A stretch of DNA of 64,000 nucleotides from Podarcis bocagei (Eukaryota), in assembly GCA_964188305.1 (NCBI GenBank), contig OZ076888.1; one strand, written 5' to 3'. A model generated the notes under the pieces. The model saw only the letters and a list, made by a program, of their open reading frames with translations, did not search any database and had not been told where the DNA came from. This document shows positions 1 through 12,500 of this stretch, piece after piece. The translations under genes and the position numbers were made by a program. Position 1 is the first letter of the stretch. Each line of letters opens with the position of its first letter.

Positions 1-787
1 GGGAAATAGACACCCATGTTCCAAGTCTGCATCTATGTTTTCCTTGCCCAAAGGGAAATTACTTACTCTACCATGCTTTTAAAAAGTACTCTTGCATCAT
101 AACAAGTCCCAGTGGAACAATTGCCCTGGGAGGGGCTGGGATATAAGCATTTCAGTAGGAAAAATATCCACAACCCACAATTCTTTGTGATTTTTTTAAT
201 ACCGTCTTTTTCTACTTCTGACAGCATGCAATAATAACCTTTCAATCAACAGTTTCTGCATTGATTATGGATGTGGAAGAGAAGGCAAGCTAATGAAGAG
301 TACAGAAGGAAACAAAATTGGCTTCAGCTTTTTGGCCTTCTCTTTCTACTTAATAAATGCACAGGAAATATCAGAGCCAGACCATAGTCACCTACACCCA
401 CACAATGATGATTTATCCTTGATGGCACATTTACTTCAGCAACCCACTTACAATATATAATACACTTGAAGGCCAAACTTGTTCACACTGGCTTGGTGCT
501 GACCAGCAGTTTTCTGCAGTTGCTGATCAAGTCCTGCTTCTTGATAAATCTGCCTTTTGGTTTATAGGCACACACAGCTTATATGGCAATAAAACAAGCA
601 CGTTCATTAACTGCTTGAGCAGTGGCAGAAGAGTGTAGATGCTTGGCATTATTTTCCACATTCAAGCTTCAGTGCTAGAAATTGCAGTGCCTCCTAAGCT
701 TGGCTGCTAGCAGACATTGACGCTGCTGCACCAGCCTTGAGCAGAAATCCCTATGTAGTGCAGAAATGATGTGCAACTGGTTTTCAA

Positions 788-808
788 GGTGGTGGTGGTG
801 GTGGTGGT
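788..808. repeat. (GGT)7 microsatellite
   Basis: Direct reading. Confidence 0.9.
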
Positions 809-921
809 AGAAAGATGTAACTAGTGGGGTCATCTTATGCCACATCCTAAGGGCTCAGGAGTCTCTCCAAGCTCCTTCCCTGGACTCAATGCTAGCAGTG
901 AAGCAGTTAGAGCAGAAAATA

Positions 922-1001
922 CAGGGTGAGTCTTTTAAAAGAGGCCCCGTGGAACATGTGTACTCTGTATCCATGGGGCCTCTTTTAAAGGACTCACCCT
1001 G
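922..1001. mobile_element. 80-bp Tc1/mariner-type MITE
   Basis: 32-bp TIRs CAGGGTGAGTC(T/C)TTTAAAAGAGGCCCC(G/A)TGGA, a 16-nt spacer and TA target duplication at 920-921 and 1002-1003. Confidence 0.9.
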
Positions 1002-1702
1002 TATCAAACTGGTCTAGGTAACAGGACATAAATGGCAATTACAAGTGCACTCGCGGCATGTTCATGGCAAGCACAGTTTTGGTTTTATTTATTTTTAATG
1101 CATGCACTCAGGTAAACCATGTCTGGGTCCAAGCATCATTTTTGAGGCCTACTATGAACTTGTACAATCGCTGCCACCCCCATCTTCCACAATCACACTG
1201 CACATGCAGTCTTATGGGTCATGAAAGAAAAAAAATATCTCTTTTAATACTTGCATGTTCTACATTTCTCAGTTACAATATGACTCATACAGAGGCAGTT
1301 CTCTCATATCCCAACCCCCTCCCCTTTTTCCCTTTTTTGTTTAACATAATATGCAGACTATTTTGTTTATTTTGCAACTTTGGTTTGTCCATATAAAGGT
1401 ATATTTTTTGTTTCTTGCTCTAATAGACAATCACATTTGCAAAATAAACCATTTCACTTTACAACTTTACTTATCTGGCCTTTTCCATTGCAAAATCATG
1501 AATTACGCATTATGTTTTTAGGCCTTTGAAAAAACATGAATCCAGAAGTGTACCACTCCTGCTCTTTGTTGAACATTCTTCTGAATGTAGTCATGGTAGT
1601 GGTAATATTACCTGACTGTCTTCTAAAAGCGCTACGTTGGTGTCTCATGATGCATCTAGCAGCTTTTCTTCATCATTGGTTGCCACAGACACTGTCCCTA
1701 TA

Positions 1703-1909
1703 CAGTGGTACCTCGGGTTACAAACACCTCGGGTTACAGATTCCACTAACCCAGAAGTAGTACCTCAGGTTGAGAACTTTGTCCCAGGATGAGAACAGAA
1801 ATCGCTTCGCAGTGGTGGTGGCAGCGGGAGGCCCCATTAGCTAAAGTGGTGCTTCAGGTTAAGAACAGACCTCCGGAACGAATTAAGTTCATAACCAGAG
1901 GTACCACTA
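1703..1909 (+). mobile_element. Tc1/mariner (Tigger/pogo-like) MITE, family A
   Basis: TA|CAGTGGTACCTCGGGTTA ... TAACCAGAGGTACCACTA|TA; a second partial copy lies at 26844-26958. Confidence 0.88.
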
Positions 1910-2745
1910 TATTGAAATCATTTTCATCTTGATTTTATTAATCTATTTCCGTAGCATACTGCCTGATCTAGACTGCAGAAAATGTTTGGACTCCTTCAGA
2001 TGACCTGTTTTTAAAGCAGTTGTTCTGATTGTCTTGTGCAAAGCTTATGCAGTCTTACAATCAATGCTCACTATAATTTAAGTGTTCATTCTGATTTGTT
2101 TGTAGGGAGGTTATACGACAGTGAGTTTTCATCTTCATTGCTTGCATGGAGGTGATATGTCATCCCATCAATCATTTATCCCACACTTTTTAGTGCATTT
2201 TTTTTGCCGCTGTCCTAACCTTAGAAAGGCAATTTATTTTAAAAAGTGGATTTGCTGTGCAAGTGTGCTTTAATTCAGTTTAAATGTGCAGACCTAAATT
2301 TCTAGAATGTGATTTAATACCTCCCACAAAGTACTAACAGCCTGGAGGTGACCCTTGTCTGTTTTGAAAAAATGAGAGGATTTATTGGTATTCTTTTGCT
2401 TCTTTTTTCCTTTGTTTAACCACCTTACATTTTTCTGGCTGCCTGATTCGTACTTAAAGCCAAACATGGTAGTTTGATGTGTGTGACACAGAGCAAACTA
2501 GACATTTACTCACATATAATTTTGGCCTGTAATTCCTATGAGCGGCACTCCCTCCCACTGTTCCTGGGATCAGTTATGGTGCTTTCTACCTCCCACCAGG
2601 TGCTCTTCCCTTTGGGTTATGCCCAAGGAGCTGTAGGAATGGCAGCTCTTGAGTATGTGAGGGAGCATGCCACATAGGGAAACACAAATCTCTCTTAAAC
2701 TACCATGCCCTATATTAATCTCATAAGCAGACATATCCTTTTCTA

Positions 2746-2862
2746 GGGAAGGGTCTGGACCAGCAACTCAGAATGTCATGTCCCCTGACTGAAACCCTGG
2801 AGAGCTGCTGCTAAGTGTAGACATCACTGAATTTGATGGTCTGACTCAATATTAGATGGCTT
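2746..2862 (+). mobile_element. Degenerate Squam3-like SINE fragment
   Basis: ctgaaaccctggagagctgctgc...gatggtctgactca matches the body of the SINE copies at 36.8-45.1 kb. Confidence 0.55.
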
Positions 2863-5770
2863 TTAATATTGGCAAACCTAGTGATTCTTGCCATAGACAC
2901 AATTATGGGAGTGCCTGTTTACAAGGATGTTCTCTCCCCTGTGCTACCATAACTGTTGTGTTAGAAAGTCACTAGCAAATCATTCTTCAAAGTACACAGT
3001 GAATCTTGCCCTACTTTTTTTGACTGGCAAGCAGTAGGCAGCACACTTCATTTCCCTGTCACTAAACAAGTTTAGGTCATAAAAAGGTCTACTTATTTGA
3101 ACAAAATCAAAGTAAATCTGCTTATGAAGTTATGATCAAAGTGAAATATGGCTGCAGGTGTTTTCTTTTTAAATTACGGATCAGCACTATGATAAATAAT
3201 GTACATTCATCTCTAGCCCAAATCATCTCTTCATTTCTTTGCTCTTTTTAAAATTCACAAATCCATAGAAAATGAAAGCAAAGGAATTCTCATACATTGG
3301 TTAGGATACCAATACATACACAGTTATGGTGTGCATGTCAAATAAGTTCTGTTTTCTACAAAGGCAACTTATTGCACAGTATAATGGCAGTTAATTTATT
3401 TAAAATTACAAAGGTCAAAATCTATTCAGTTCAGAACTGTACTTCAGGACCTGCGGGGTTCCAAGGCAGTAGATTATTTTGACACAAGTTACAGTCATCA
3501 GCTGCTATTCAGCCTACATTTTTGATCCTATCAAAATGGATAAATTTGGAGTTTTATTCCCTGACCAGTTTTGGCAAAAAGGAACCATATGCAATGGAGG
3601 AATTTTTTTAATGTAATAAAGGATCCTTTCTGTTCTTACTGCATTGCCATCTGCTTTCAAAGTGTGTCTTTTTTGCCTCTTACATGCTAACAGAGAATGA
3701 TAAATTATGCTGAGTCAGTGCTTGATCAATAGCCAGACAACTATGGATGAGTAATTGACTTGGGTGCCAAGCCATCAAGTTAAATTTCCTCTATGCTTCA
3801 GTCCTAATGAAACTGTAATAATTCCCGCCCCCTGCTGTTGTCATGCTGTCATCTCCAAAAAAAATTTTCCCTGTTGACTTACTTCCATGTCATCAGCACT
3901 GACATTGCTTGACTGCGGCATAGCATTTTCTTTCATTTTCTTTGTCATCTTCACAATTTGTTTTTAATGCATATTATTTTGATAAAAGAGCATTAGTGTG
4001 AATAAAAAAATGAAGGCTGGAAAAGTATTTTCTGTTTTGAGGGGGATGGAACAGTTTTCTCTCACTTCACTAACACAATTACAAGGAACCTGATTGGAAG
4101 AAATAACTTTGTATCTATATTATTATTTATTACTATTTTTATTCGATTTATACACTGCTGTTTATCAAAAGATCTCAGGGCAGTGTAAAACATTAAAAAC
4201 ACATTATGAAACATCAATGGTAAAGCATAATATAACATAAAAGCATGGAAAATAATCTCTGGTATGTTTTATTATGCCTGATCTATGTTGAGCATGAACT
4301 TTCATCTGAGAGAGACCAAAAAACCATCCTCTTCCAGTTTTTGTAGGAACAGATTTGAAAAAGTTCATCTCTGAAAGTGGCCAAAACATATTTACTTGGA
4401 AGTAAGTCCATTTCATTACCAGTGTCTTCAAAGTAAATATGTGTAGGATTTGAAGTTAAGGGAAGTCATGCTCTTCTGATTGCTCTGTGAGTACAAGCAT
4501 TCCTGCTTGCAAAGTCAAGTGATCCTCCCTCTCGTCCCCCATGTACTGTTCTGGGAGTTCTCGCGTTTCTGAGCAGATTTGGGGGAGAGGTGGGAAAGCG
4601 CCACTGCACCAGTGGGAGCCCTTGTGTTGGCTTCTACTAGCACACTTGATTCGTTTAATTCAGGCCTTTGTGTTGATGCACACTACTAAAAAGGATGAAG
4701 CTAACTCATAAGCAAGATCACATTATACTTTGTAGTTATGTAGCATAGTTTAACTGCTTGCTAACATTTCTGTCATTCCTGGACATTTTTTTCCCATTTT
4801 CTCAGGATGGGTGATTTTTTTTAAAATATATTTTTTGTGCAAGGCCACATGAGAAGATGACAACCTATTTTCCCCTGAACCCAGCTACGTTTTTCAAATT
4901 CAGGAAAAAGCTCATGTAAGAGTTTCTAAAAGTATTGAAACAGTAGAGCATTGTAGTATAATAGCTTCTTCATTGCCTCAAGGGTATTTTTCATTGCTCT
5001 GAGATTTCATGTATCTTTACAATTTGTTGGGTCCTAGGACCTTTCAGTGCATTTATGGAGGGCTTTGTGAGTTTGGTGAATGCAGAAAAATATATTTTAA
5101 CAGTTTTGGCTTTGAGCTACTTCATATGTGATGACATTTCTACAAAGAAAAGTCTTCCAGGTACGATATAACATGAGTTTGTTGTAAGAAATGTCATCAG
5201 GAAGGTGAACTCCTTCTATTTTATTTCCTTTGCTCACTATTGTATCTTATCTTTAGCTAGTAAGTTGATGGGCAGTATCTGTTTTAGTTTTAATTTTTGT
5301 ATTGCACCTAGCATTTTGGTCATTTATAAATAATAATGTGTGATGCTCACAGACATTTTCTTCCCCAGTGTAAACACTCCAACACCTCCCAGAAATACTA
5401 AAGGTTCTACCATCTTCACACAATTCAGGTGTTGCTGGCAGACAGCCTTTAACTTTTAACACACACTTGTCATTGATCCTCTCCTGGAGAAGGAGTGCAT
5501 GAAGTAAGCATTACAGTTGCAGGCAGTATGAGTCACCCGTGTTACCTTCAATGTTTCCATCAGCAAACAGATAAAGTGTGAATGACTATTAATGTCTTTC
5601 AGCACACAGCCGTATGCATTTTCCAAGAAGTATTGTTCCTGGATGTGCATACATAGGGGATACACGTCTGTCATGCACACAATGTGTTTGCTATTTGAAA
5701 AAAAGCCTGCTTCAAATGTAAAAAAATATATGCATAAAAACCTTATACCACCTTAAAAACTATCAATATG

Positions 5771-5864
5771 CAGTGCAATCCTACACTTTGCTGTTTAGTT
5801 GGAAGCAAGTCCCACTATTGTCAATGGGGCTTGTTCCCAAAGAGGGGTGCTTTGGATTGTGTTG
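5771..5864. mobile_element. Old ~90-bp foldback (MITE-like) repeat; related copies near 4385-4450, 14900-14988, 45138-45210 and 62905-62966
   Basis: Outer IR gcaatcc/ggattgt and inner IR gaagcaagtccca/tggggcttgttcc. The motif aagtccca...caatgg..cttactccca recurs at the listed sites. Confidence 0.55.
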
Positions 5865-6554
5865 AGGCCTCATTGTAGCATACTCCTTTGTGGACTAGGA
5901 ATCACTTCATCAGCAATGAGGCCTGAAACAGCAGCTGGGCAGGAAAAAATGTAGCTTTGGGGGCACTTTAAGGGATCTGTGTACAAATCAAAGGGGCCTG
6001 TGAAGAAGTCGAGGGGTGGGGTGAACTTTGTTGGACATAGAGTTTCCAGAGTGTAGATCCTTTGTATCAGACATATACACATATAGCTTGTACACGTAAT
6101 AGACTGTGCACAAGGTACAACTCATATATGAAAGTCAGATGGGAGGGTCAGAAGATGCAATTCCACTTCCACCTCCAGGAGTTTGCTGATATGTTGCATA
6201 TTATGAAGAAAGCTTATATTATTCTTATTCAAAAGGGAAGAGCTTCTTGGGAGGGGGGTTGTATAAGAAGAAGTTCAGATTTCACACACATTCACTGTAT
6301 GCCAGAATAGTAATTTAGCCTGCAACTCTGATTAATGCCTCTTTTGAATTAAAGTTGACAGACCAGTGACTGGCAAAATCTAGCCAGAGATGTATTGTAG
6401 ATCTTGCTAATCCAGTGACCTTCACTGACTTTAATTACCACAGCTTTATATATTTTCATCATCTGGTGTGGGTGTGGGCAGAGCACAGCAGTAGCATACC
6501 ATCAGAGGCACTCAATAAGCTGATGAGTTTAATTCTCTAGTTAAGGGCCCTATA

Positions 6555-6806
6555 CAGTCATACCTCGGGTTGAAGTAGCTTCGGGTTGAGCATTTTTGGG
6601 TTGCGCTCTGTGGCGACCTGGAAGTAAAGGAACGCATTACTTCCAGGTTTCGCCGCTCGCGCATGCACAGATGCTCAAAATGACGTCACGTGCATGCGCG
6701 GAAGTGGCGAATCACGACCTGCGCACGCGTAGACATGGGTTGCGTTCGCTTCAGGATGTGAACGGGGCTCCGGAACGGATCCCGTTCACATCCAGAGGTA
6801 CCACTG
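6555..6806 (+). mobile_element. Tc1/mariner (Tigger/pogo-like) MITE, family B, CpG-rich
   Basis: TA|CAGTCATACCTCGGGTTG ... CATCCAGAGGTACCACTG|TA; collinear copy at 43864-44109. Confidence 0.9.
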
Positions 6807-6857
6807 TACTGAAGATCCCAAATAAGTTGTTTTAGCAAACTGAAATGATCACAGATA

Positions 6858-7577
6858 TAGTGTAGGCACATTTAACATGCATAAATACAATTACACATGC
6901 CTGGCTCTGGTGGCAGCTGCTGCCTTCTGGGTGATGGTTGCAGCTGAGGAGGGTGCAAGACGGGAAGGGAAGATGAGAGAGGCAGACAGAGAAAGAAGAA
7001 ACCTGGCCCGCTAGGCTGCGAGACCAGTGGCAGTGGGGGAGAGATGAAGGTGGAAGGAAGGAGGAGTGAGGCAGACAGAGGGAGATGAAGGCAAAAGGCA
7101 AAAGAAAAAGGCTGGAATGAAGCTGCAGATTCTGCATGTCTTTCTCTCTGTCTGCTTCTCTCTTCCTTCTAATGTTCTCTCTGTCCCCCAGCACTTCGCT
7201 GTCAGTCTCACAGCTGAGGGAGCTGAGTTTCTTCTTCTTCTCTCTACCTCTTTCTTTCTTGCTTCTAACTTTGTCTTTACCCCTCCTCCACTGCAACCAC
7301 TGCACCACTACTGGAGCTAAACACCCCACTGCCACTTCACCACTGGCTGTTGCAGCTGAGGGAGCTGGGTTGCTGTTTCCCAAGTTCCCTCAGAGAGGAG
7401 GGAAAGCAATCTGCTTTGCTTGAAGGAGTGAGGGAAGGCAGCAGAGACACGGGGAGGGGCTCCACTGGGGCTCTCCATCCCTGCCAGCTAGCAGCCAGGT
7501 AAACATTGTCTATACACAGTTTTGTGTATGCGCACTGCCTCTGGAATGGAACCCCTGTGTGTGATGCAATGACACTG
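6858..7577. mobile_element. Old non-autonomous DNA transposon with an internal inverted repeat
   Basis: TA|tagtgt... and ...gacactg|TA termini, a subterminal ggaatggaacccctgtgt motif, and a degenerate internal IR at 6936-7298. Confidence 0.5.
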
Positions 7578-9036
7578 TATTTTTATTTTTGCGCTGTATT
7601 TATTGTTGCAGTCATGTGGCAATTGCTGATCTCACAATAGTGTGAACATGTGAACATACCAATGTCAACTGTCAGGTGGAGAGATGTCAGGTAGGGACTT
7701 AGCCAACACAATACTATGAAGATCTGGCTAAATTATAGACACCAATCAAAGAAAGCTCCTTGCATCAATAGATGAGCATTGAAGACCTGCCTCTTCATTG
7801 CTGCCTTTAACTGAGAGTGTCATTAGCTTATGTGTTATAGAGCAGGTTTTTTAAACACTTTTGTATTATTGCTAATGTGGCTATATCTATATATAGCATT
7901 GCTCTTGTGTGTTTGTTGATTTGTGAGGGTGTCACCCTAATAACTTCCTAAAATACTTTAAATAAATCAAAGTCTCTTGCAGGGGTTGATTGCTGGTCTT
8001 GGGAATTGAAAGACTGCACTATGCTCTTGCTCACTATTGATTGCCTTCACCTTCTTTCCCTTCCTCTCTTGTCTTAATAAGAATAAGAGTAACATTCACA
8101 TGAGTCCAGCAGAATGAATAGATAAAGATTACTTAGTCCAGAGTAACAGGCTACAAGTAAGGAAGAAGAGATGTTTCACAAATTTGATGTATCAGGGTGA
8201 ATCCATGTCTCAGAATTACCATTACCTTGCTTACTCAACATTAGTTGTATTTGGGAAGCAAGTAGATTCATTACTCTCAGAAATATATCAATAGTCCTCT
8301 TGCACTCTCTCAAAATAATTTTTCATCTTACTGCCTTGTCTTATGGAATCAGTGTGTGTATGTATGTTAATGTAAGTTTTACTGATCTGAAAGAATGTAT
8401 AAAGATTTTTGGTCTACAAGAGAAAACTGAATCGTAATTAGGAAGAAAAGGGCTGTATTAGTGGGCACAGAACCATTATCTCAATAATTCGTAGTGAGGA
8501 TGTAAGCTTTAATTGATCATTAATAAGAATCTGTAATATTAGTGCATGAAAAATGTACCAAAGTATTTAAAGTAACACTGCACTTTAAAATGAGGATTTG
8601 CTGGCATGCTTTTCTATTAAAACCTTCCTTTGGTGGGTGAGAAATAGGGATGTAGTATGTAATTTCTATGAAAATGAAATATTTATATTACTGAGGAAAA
8701 TCAAGGAGGTCCTTTGCAGACATTCCCACAGAGCCCAGTTAGTGCTCCAGGGTCTTGACCTTCTGGTGTTACTGCTCTGGATTTCTCAAAATGAGCTCTC
8801 TAGATTCATTTACATTGAAGTTGCATATAATACTTCATGAACTAACACTCTAACACTATGTAATGAAGGTACCAGATATTTCAAGTTGGGAGCTGGGAGA
8901 CCAGGCCCTGTTGAGACCTCAGCTAGTTCACAATGGGTGCTTACAAGAGGTAGTGATGAGGAGCAGAACTTGGGAGAGCAGGCTGTTTTGCAATAGACTA
9001 TTGACAATGCAAAAATGGAAAAGAGAAGATGCAGGG

Positions 9037-9172
9037 CAGGCATAGGCAAACTCCGGCACTCCAGATGTTTGGGACTACAATTCCCATCATCCCTGACCAC
9101 TGGTCCTGTTAGCTAGGGATAATGGGAATTGTAGTCCCAAACTTCTGGAGGGCCGGAGTTTGCCTATGCCTG
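9037..9172. mobile_element. hAT-type palindromic MITE
   Basis: TIR CAGGCATAGGCAAACTCCGGC / GCCGGAGTTTGCCTATGCCTG; almost the whole element folds back; 8-bp TSD atgcaggg/atgtagag (6/8). Confidence 0.88.
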
Positions 9173-9258
9173 ATGTAGAGGAAAGGTGAAGCAACCCAAC
9201 TCACTTCTGGGGATCCAACAGATAGCGTAGCAACTGGTTGCAACCTTGATAATGATGG

Positions 9259-9468
9259 CAACAACAACAACAACAATTTATTATTTATACCCCGCCCATC
9301 TGGCTGGGTTTCCCCAGCCACTCTGGGCAGCTTCCAACAAAATATAAAAAATACAATAAAACATCAGACATTAAAAACTTCCCTAAACAGGGCTGCCTTC
9401 AGATGTCTTCTAAAAGTCAGATAGTTGTTTATTTCCTTGACATCTGGTGGGAGGGAATTCCACTGGGA
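9259..9468 (-). mobile_element. L2-clade LINE 3' end
   Basis: The minus strand encodes WNSLPPDVKEINNYLTFRRHLKAALFREVF, a typical L2 ORF2 C-terminus, then a 3' stem-loop and a (TTG)n tail. The same 3' end is at 46218-46299. Confidence 0.82.
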
Positions 9469-11372
9469 CCAGCAATAGCATAAACAATGAAATTTTTTAT
9501 AGCATTTGAAATGATCAAAGTAATCCCATAGGGTAGGTGGGAACAATAAGTCGTGGCAGCACCATGGATAGCTCTTAGTGAACAACTTGCTCCAACAAGT
9601 GTTGGAAGTGAAGTGAAGCCTTTTAGCCTCTGTCTTCAGCCCGTCTATGCTAAGCTTCAATTCCTTGAAGAAAACTAGAGTCTTTTAAAGAGCCAAGCTC
9701 TGGCCTAAAGACAAGCAGTTCTCTTGCAGTCCGTAGCCCCCTCCCTGGTGTACTCTCTGCACTGATAGTAAGATAGTTTAGGACATACTCAGTTCCTTAG
9801 GCCCTGAGAAGGTGCTCAAGAGGGCCTTGACTTTGATTCTATGCACCTAAGTTCTGTGGCATCTGCTTACTAATATATAGCCAGTTGTAAGCATGCATCT
9901 GAAACTACACTCTTAACAATGTGTAGATTTAGCCATACCATACTATTTTTTATTTTTAAAAAGACCACATCTCTGCATTTTACTAAGTTTTAGGTGCATC
10001 TTACCAAGTGACTAATGTGGAGCACTTGATAAAATCTCCAACTTTTATCATACATTGGGATGTGTGCCAGAAGAATCATAACAAAACATACCATGTTAGA
10101 GAATCTTACACTGAATAAATTGATTGTCTGTACTGGGCCACAGAGCTCCGGAGAATCACTCCAGACTGGTTAATTTAGGTTGCTCTACTATACATTCAGG
10201 AATCTAGGTACTATTGTCAATTACTCATTTCTATTACTGAACCTGTAGTATGGTGAAACTCAAAATGGTAGTTATATTTTGCTGCAGGTTCTATTACCAT
10301 AGAAATGTCATTACTGGGGACGCTGTTTTTCAGTCAGAGAAATGGAAAACAGTGCAAAAACAAGCTCAAAGAGAGACTCCCACAGAGCTTAGTATGGATT
10401 AGATAAAAATAAAATGGCTTCACTTCTGCAAAATGTTCTGTGTCAACAGTAAGTTTTTACACAACTGTGTTTTATTGGCAATTAAATATTTTCCTTGCAG
10501 AATCCCTTTAAGAAAGGAGTGTAGGGTCCCCATTAAAAAACTAGTGCAGGTCAAAGGGAACAGCAATTAGAATAGATTGCTCATTATTGCCACAAATATG
10601 CTAGCAAGTTATGTTGACAGAGCAAACTTCCTTAACCCCACAACAGCATTTTGAACAATCCACTGCTGTTCAATTTGGATGTCACCTCCAAAAATAATAA
10701 GCTTACATTCCTATGAAAACTGAAGTGTGTTCATTTGTCAAAGTTAGAAACTTTCCCCCTTTTATCTTCCACATCCCTACAAATAACTGAAAAGCACCTG
10801 GTAATTATAATTCTTTACTGTTAACTTTTCCATATCATGTATTGCAAGATTTAGCAGGCTGTTGAAAAATACTATGCTTACAAAAGCTTTGGGTTCTCCC
10901 CACCCCCTGAATTTCCCTTGTAAATTCTCAAACATATGGCTAAGAAAATTAAAGTCAGAAACTACATGCTGAATAAAACTTGAAAATATTGACTATGGAA
11001 AGTTAGTTTAAATGAGAATATCCAACTGTTGCATATTCTGTGTAGCCTGTAGTCTATGCTATAATTTCCAACACTCTAAAACTGGCATGAAGTTTGGTGC
11101 AGAATGATTGGTTCATAAAATATGGCAGAATACTCAAGGGAGTTCTATATAGTGTGACTGGTGTGGAAAACACCTGTGTTTCCCGCAGCAAATATATAAA
11201 GTGTAGATGTGTTGTCTGTGTCAGTCTTTGGCCCTCCTAGCTTGTGTTAGACCATTAAGGAGTTCAGGTTGGATATAGGTAAGATGATGAACCTATTTGC
11301 CAGAGGCAAGAGGAGTGGTCATGGGTGGGTTGGAGATCAGTACTAGAGCAGGCAAATGTGAACTCAGCAATG

Positions 11373-11863
11373 TAATTTGTAGCCCGGTCGCAGCTGGAAT
11401 CAAATACAGGTATGACTTTCAGATATCCTCATACCTTAGGAATTTGTCTGTACCTACCTATCGGCGTTTATTCAGCAAAGCCAGACTAAATGTATTTCCC
11501 TCGGAAGTTCTAAATGGCAGACTGAGAGGCATCCCCTATCAGAATAGGCTTTGTTTATGTTCCTAGGACGTCGATTGTATGAAGCATATTCTACTGCATT
11601 GTGGACAATATGAGCAAGCAAGGGATCAACTGATCAAACCCTTACTGGCAAATTTGCCGGGGAAATCTTTTGGAAGACAGGTCAAATGATATTACACTGG
11701 CTGTGGCAAAGTTTCTTTCAGAGGTTATAAGAAACAAAGATCATTATGCCCTAGATAAAACAAAATGACTTCTTCCATCTGTCTGTCTGGTCGTTTTAAC
11801 TGTATCTAGTTTTGAAATTGTTATGTGGGTCTTTGGACCGCAGTAAAGTTTTGATTTGATTTG
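11373..11863 (+). mobile_element. 5'-truncated LINE, RTE-X-like 3' end
   Basis: YRRLFSKARLN...EVLNGRLRGIPYQNRLCLC..HILLHC..YEQAR zinc-knuckle C-terminus, a (TTTGA)n tail and TSD AGCAATG at 11366-11372 and 11864-11870. Confidence 0.78.
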
Positions 11864-12149
11864 AGCAATGAGAGAAATAATCAGTCACATCATGGAGGTT
11901 AAATACTGGATTGGGCAGGCTTGTGTACAGTAGCTGCTTATCTCTGGGAACAGTCACCTCCAATGCACTAGGCAGGGAAGCTTTTGGGGGTGCTTGTTTC
12001 TTCTAGGCCATCAAGGTGTCACAAATGATACTAAGCTTAGAAAAAACCTTAATAGAAGTATCAGGCCAGTCATCATGGGAATCATAGTGGAGGGAAGAAT
12101 AAATCAGTTGAGAAGGGGTCAACCCTTATAAATTGCTATTGCTGGAATT

Positions 12150-12500
12150 TATAAAGAAAACATCCTTAAGGTGCCCTCTGGGTGGCATAGGATGGCCTGG
12201 AAAGTGTTTAAAATATATGAAAAAGGGTAAGGAAATTGTTGGAGCCACAATAAACTGAAAGGTAATTTTCTACATATATAGTGGCAATGTAGTGAGGCAA
12301 TCAAGTACTGGAAGATGGTAACTGATTTAATTATAGTGTTTTCGTTATAAAAGTTAATGATATGCTGAAGAAGATGGTCACTGGTGGAGGAACCTATCTG
12401 CTGTGGAGTCCCCTGTTATTTAAAAAGTTTTTAAAAGGAGTTTATGGCTAATAATAAAATCAAAGAGCAGCTTTGGAAAGTATCCATAGAATCTTTGAAA
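12150..12500 (+). mobile_element. Decayed L1-clade ORF2 C-terminal fragment
   Basis: A frame with stops reads KENILKV..W....KVFKIY...NCWSHNKLKGNFLHI*WQCSEAIKYWKMV, matching the L1 CWxC..G.FLH.WWxC..YW motif. Confidence 0.65.

Noticed and set aside
6832-7423. 183-aa and overlapping ORFs
   Set aside because: Low-complexity translations of the purine/pyrimidine inverted repeat.
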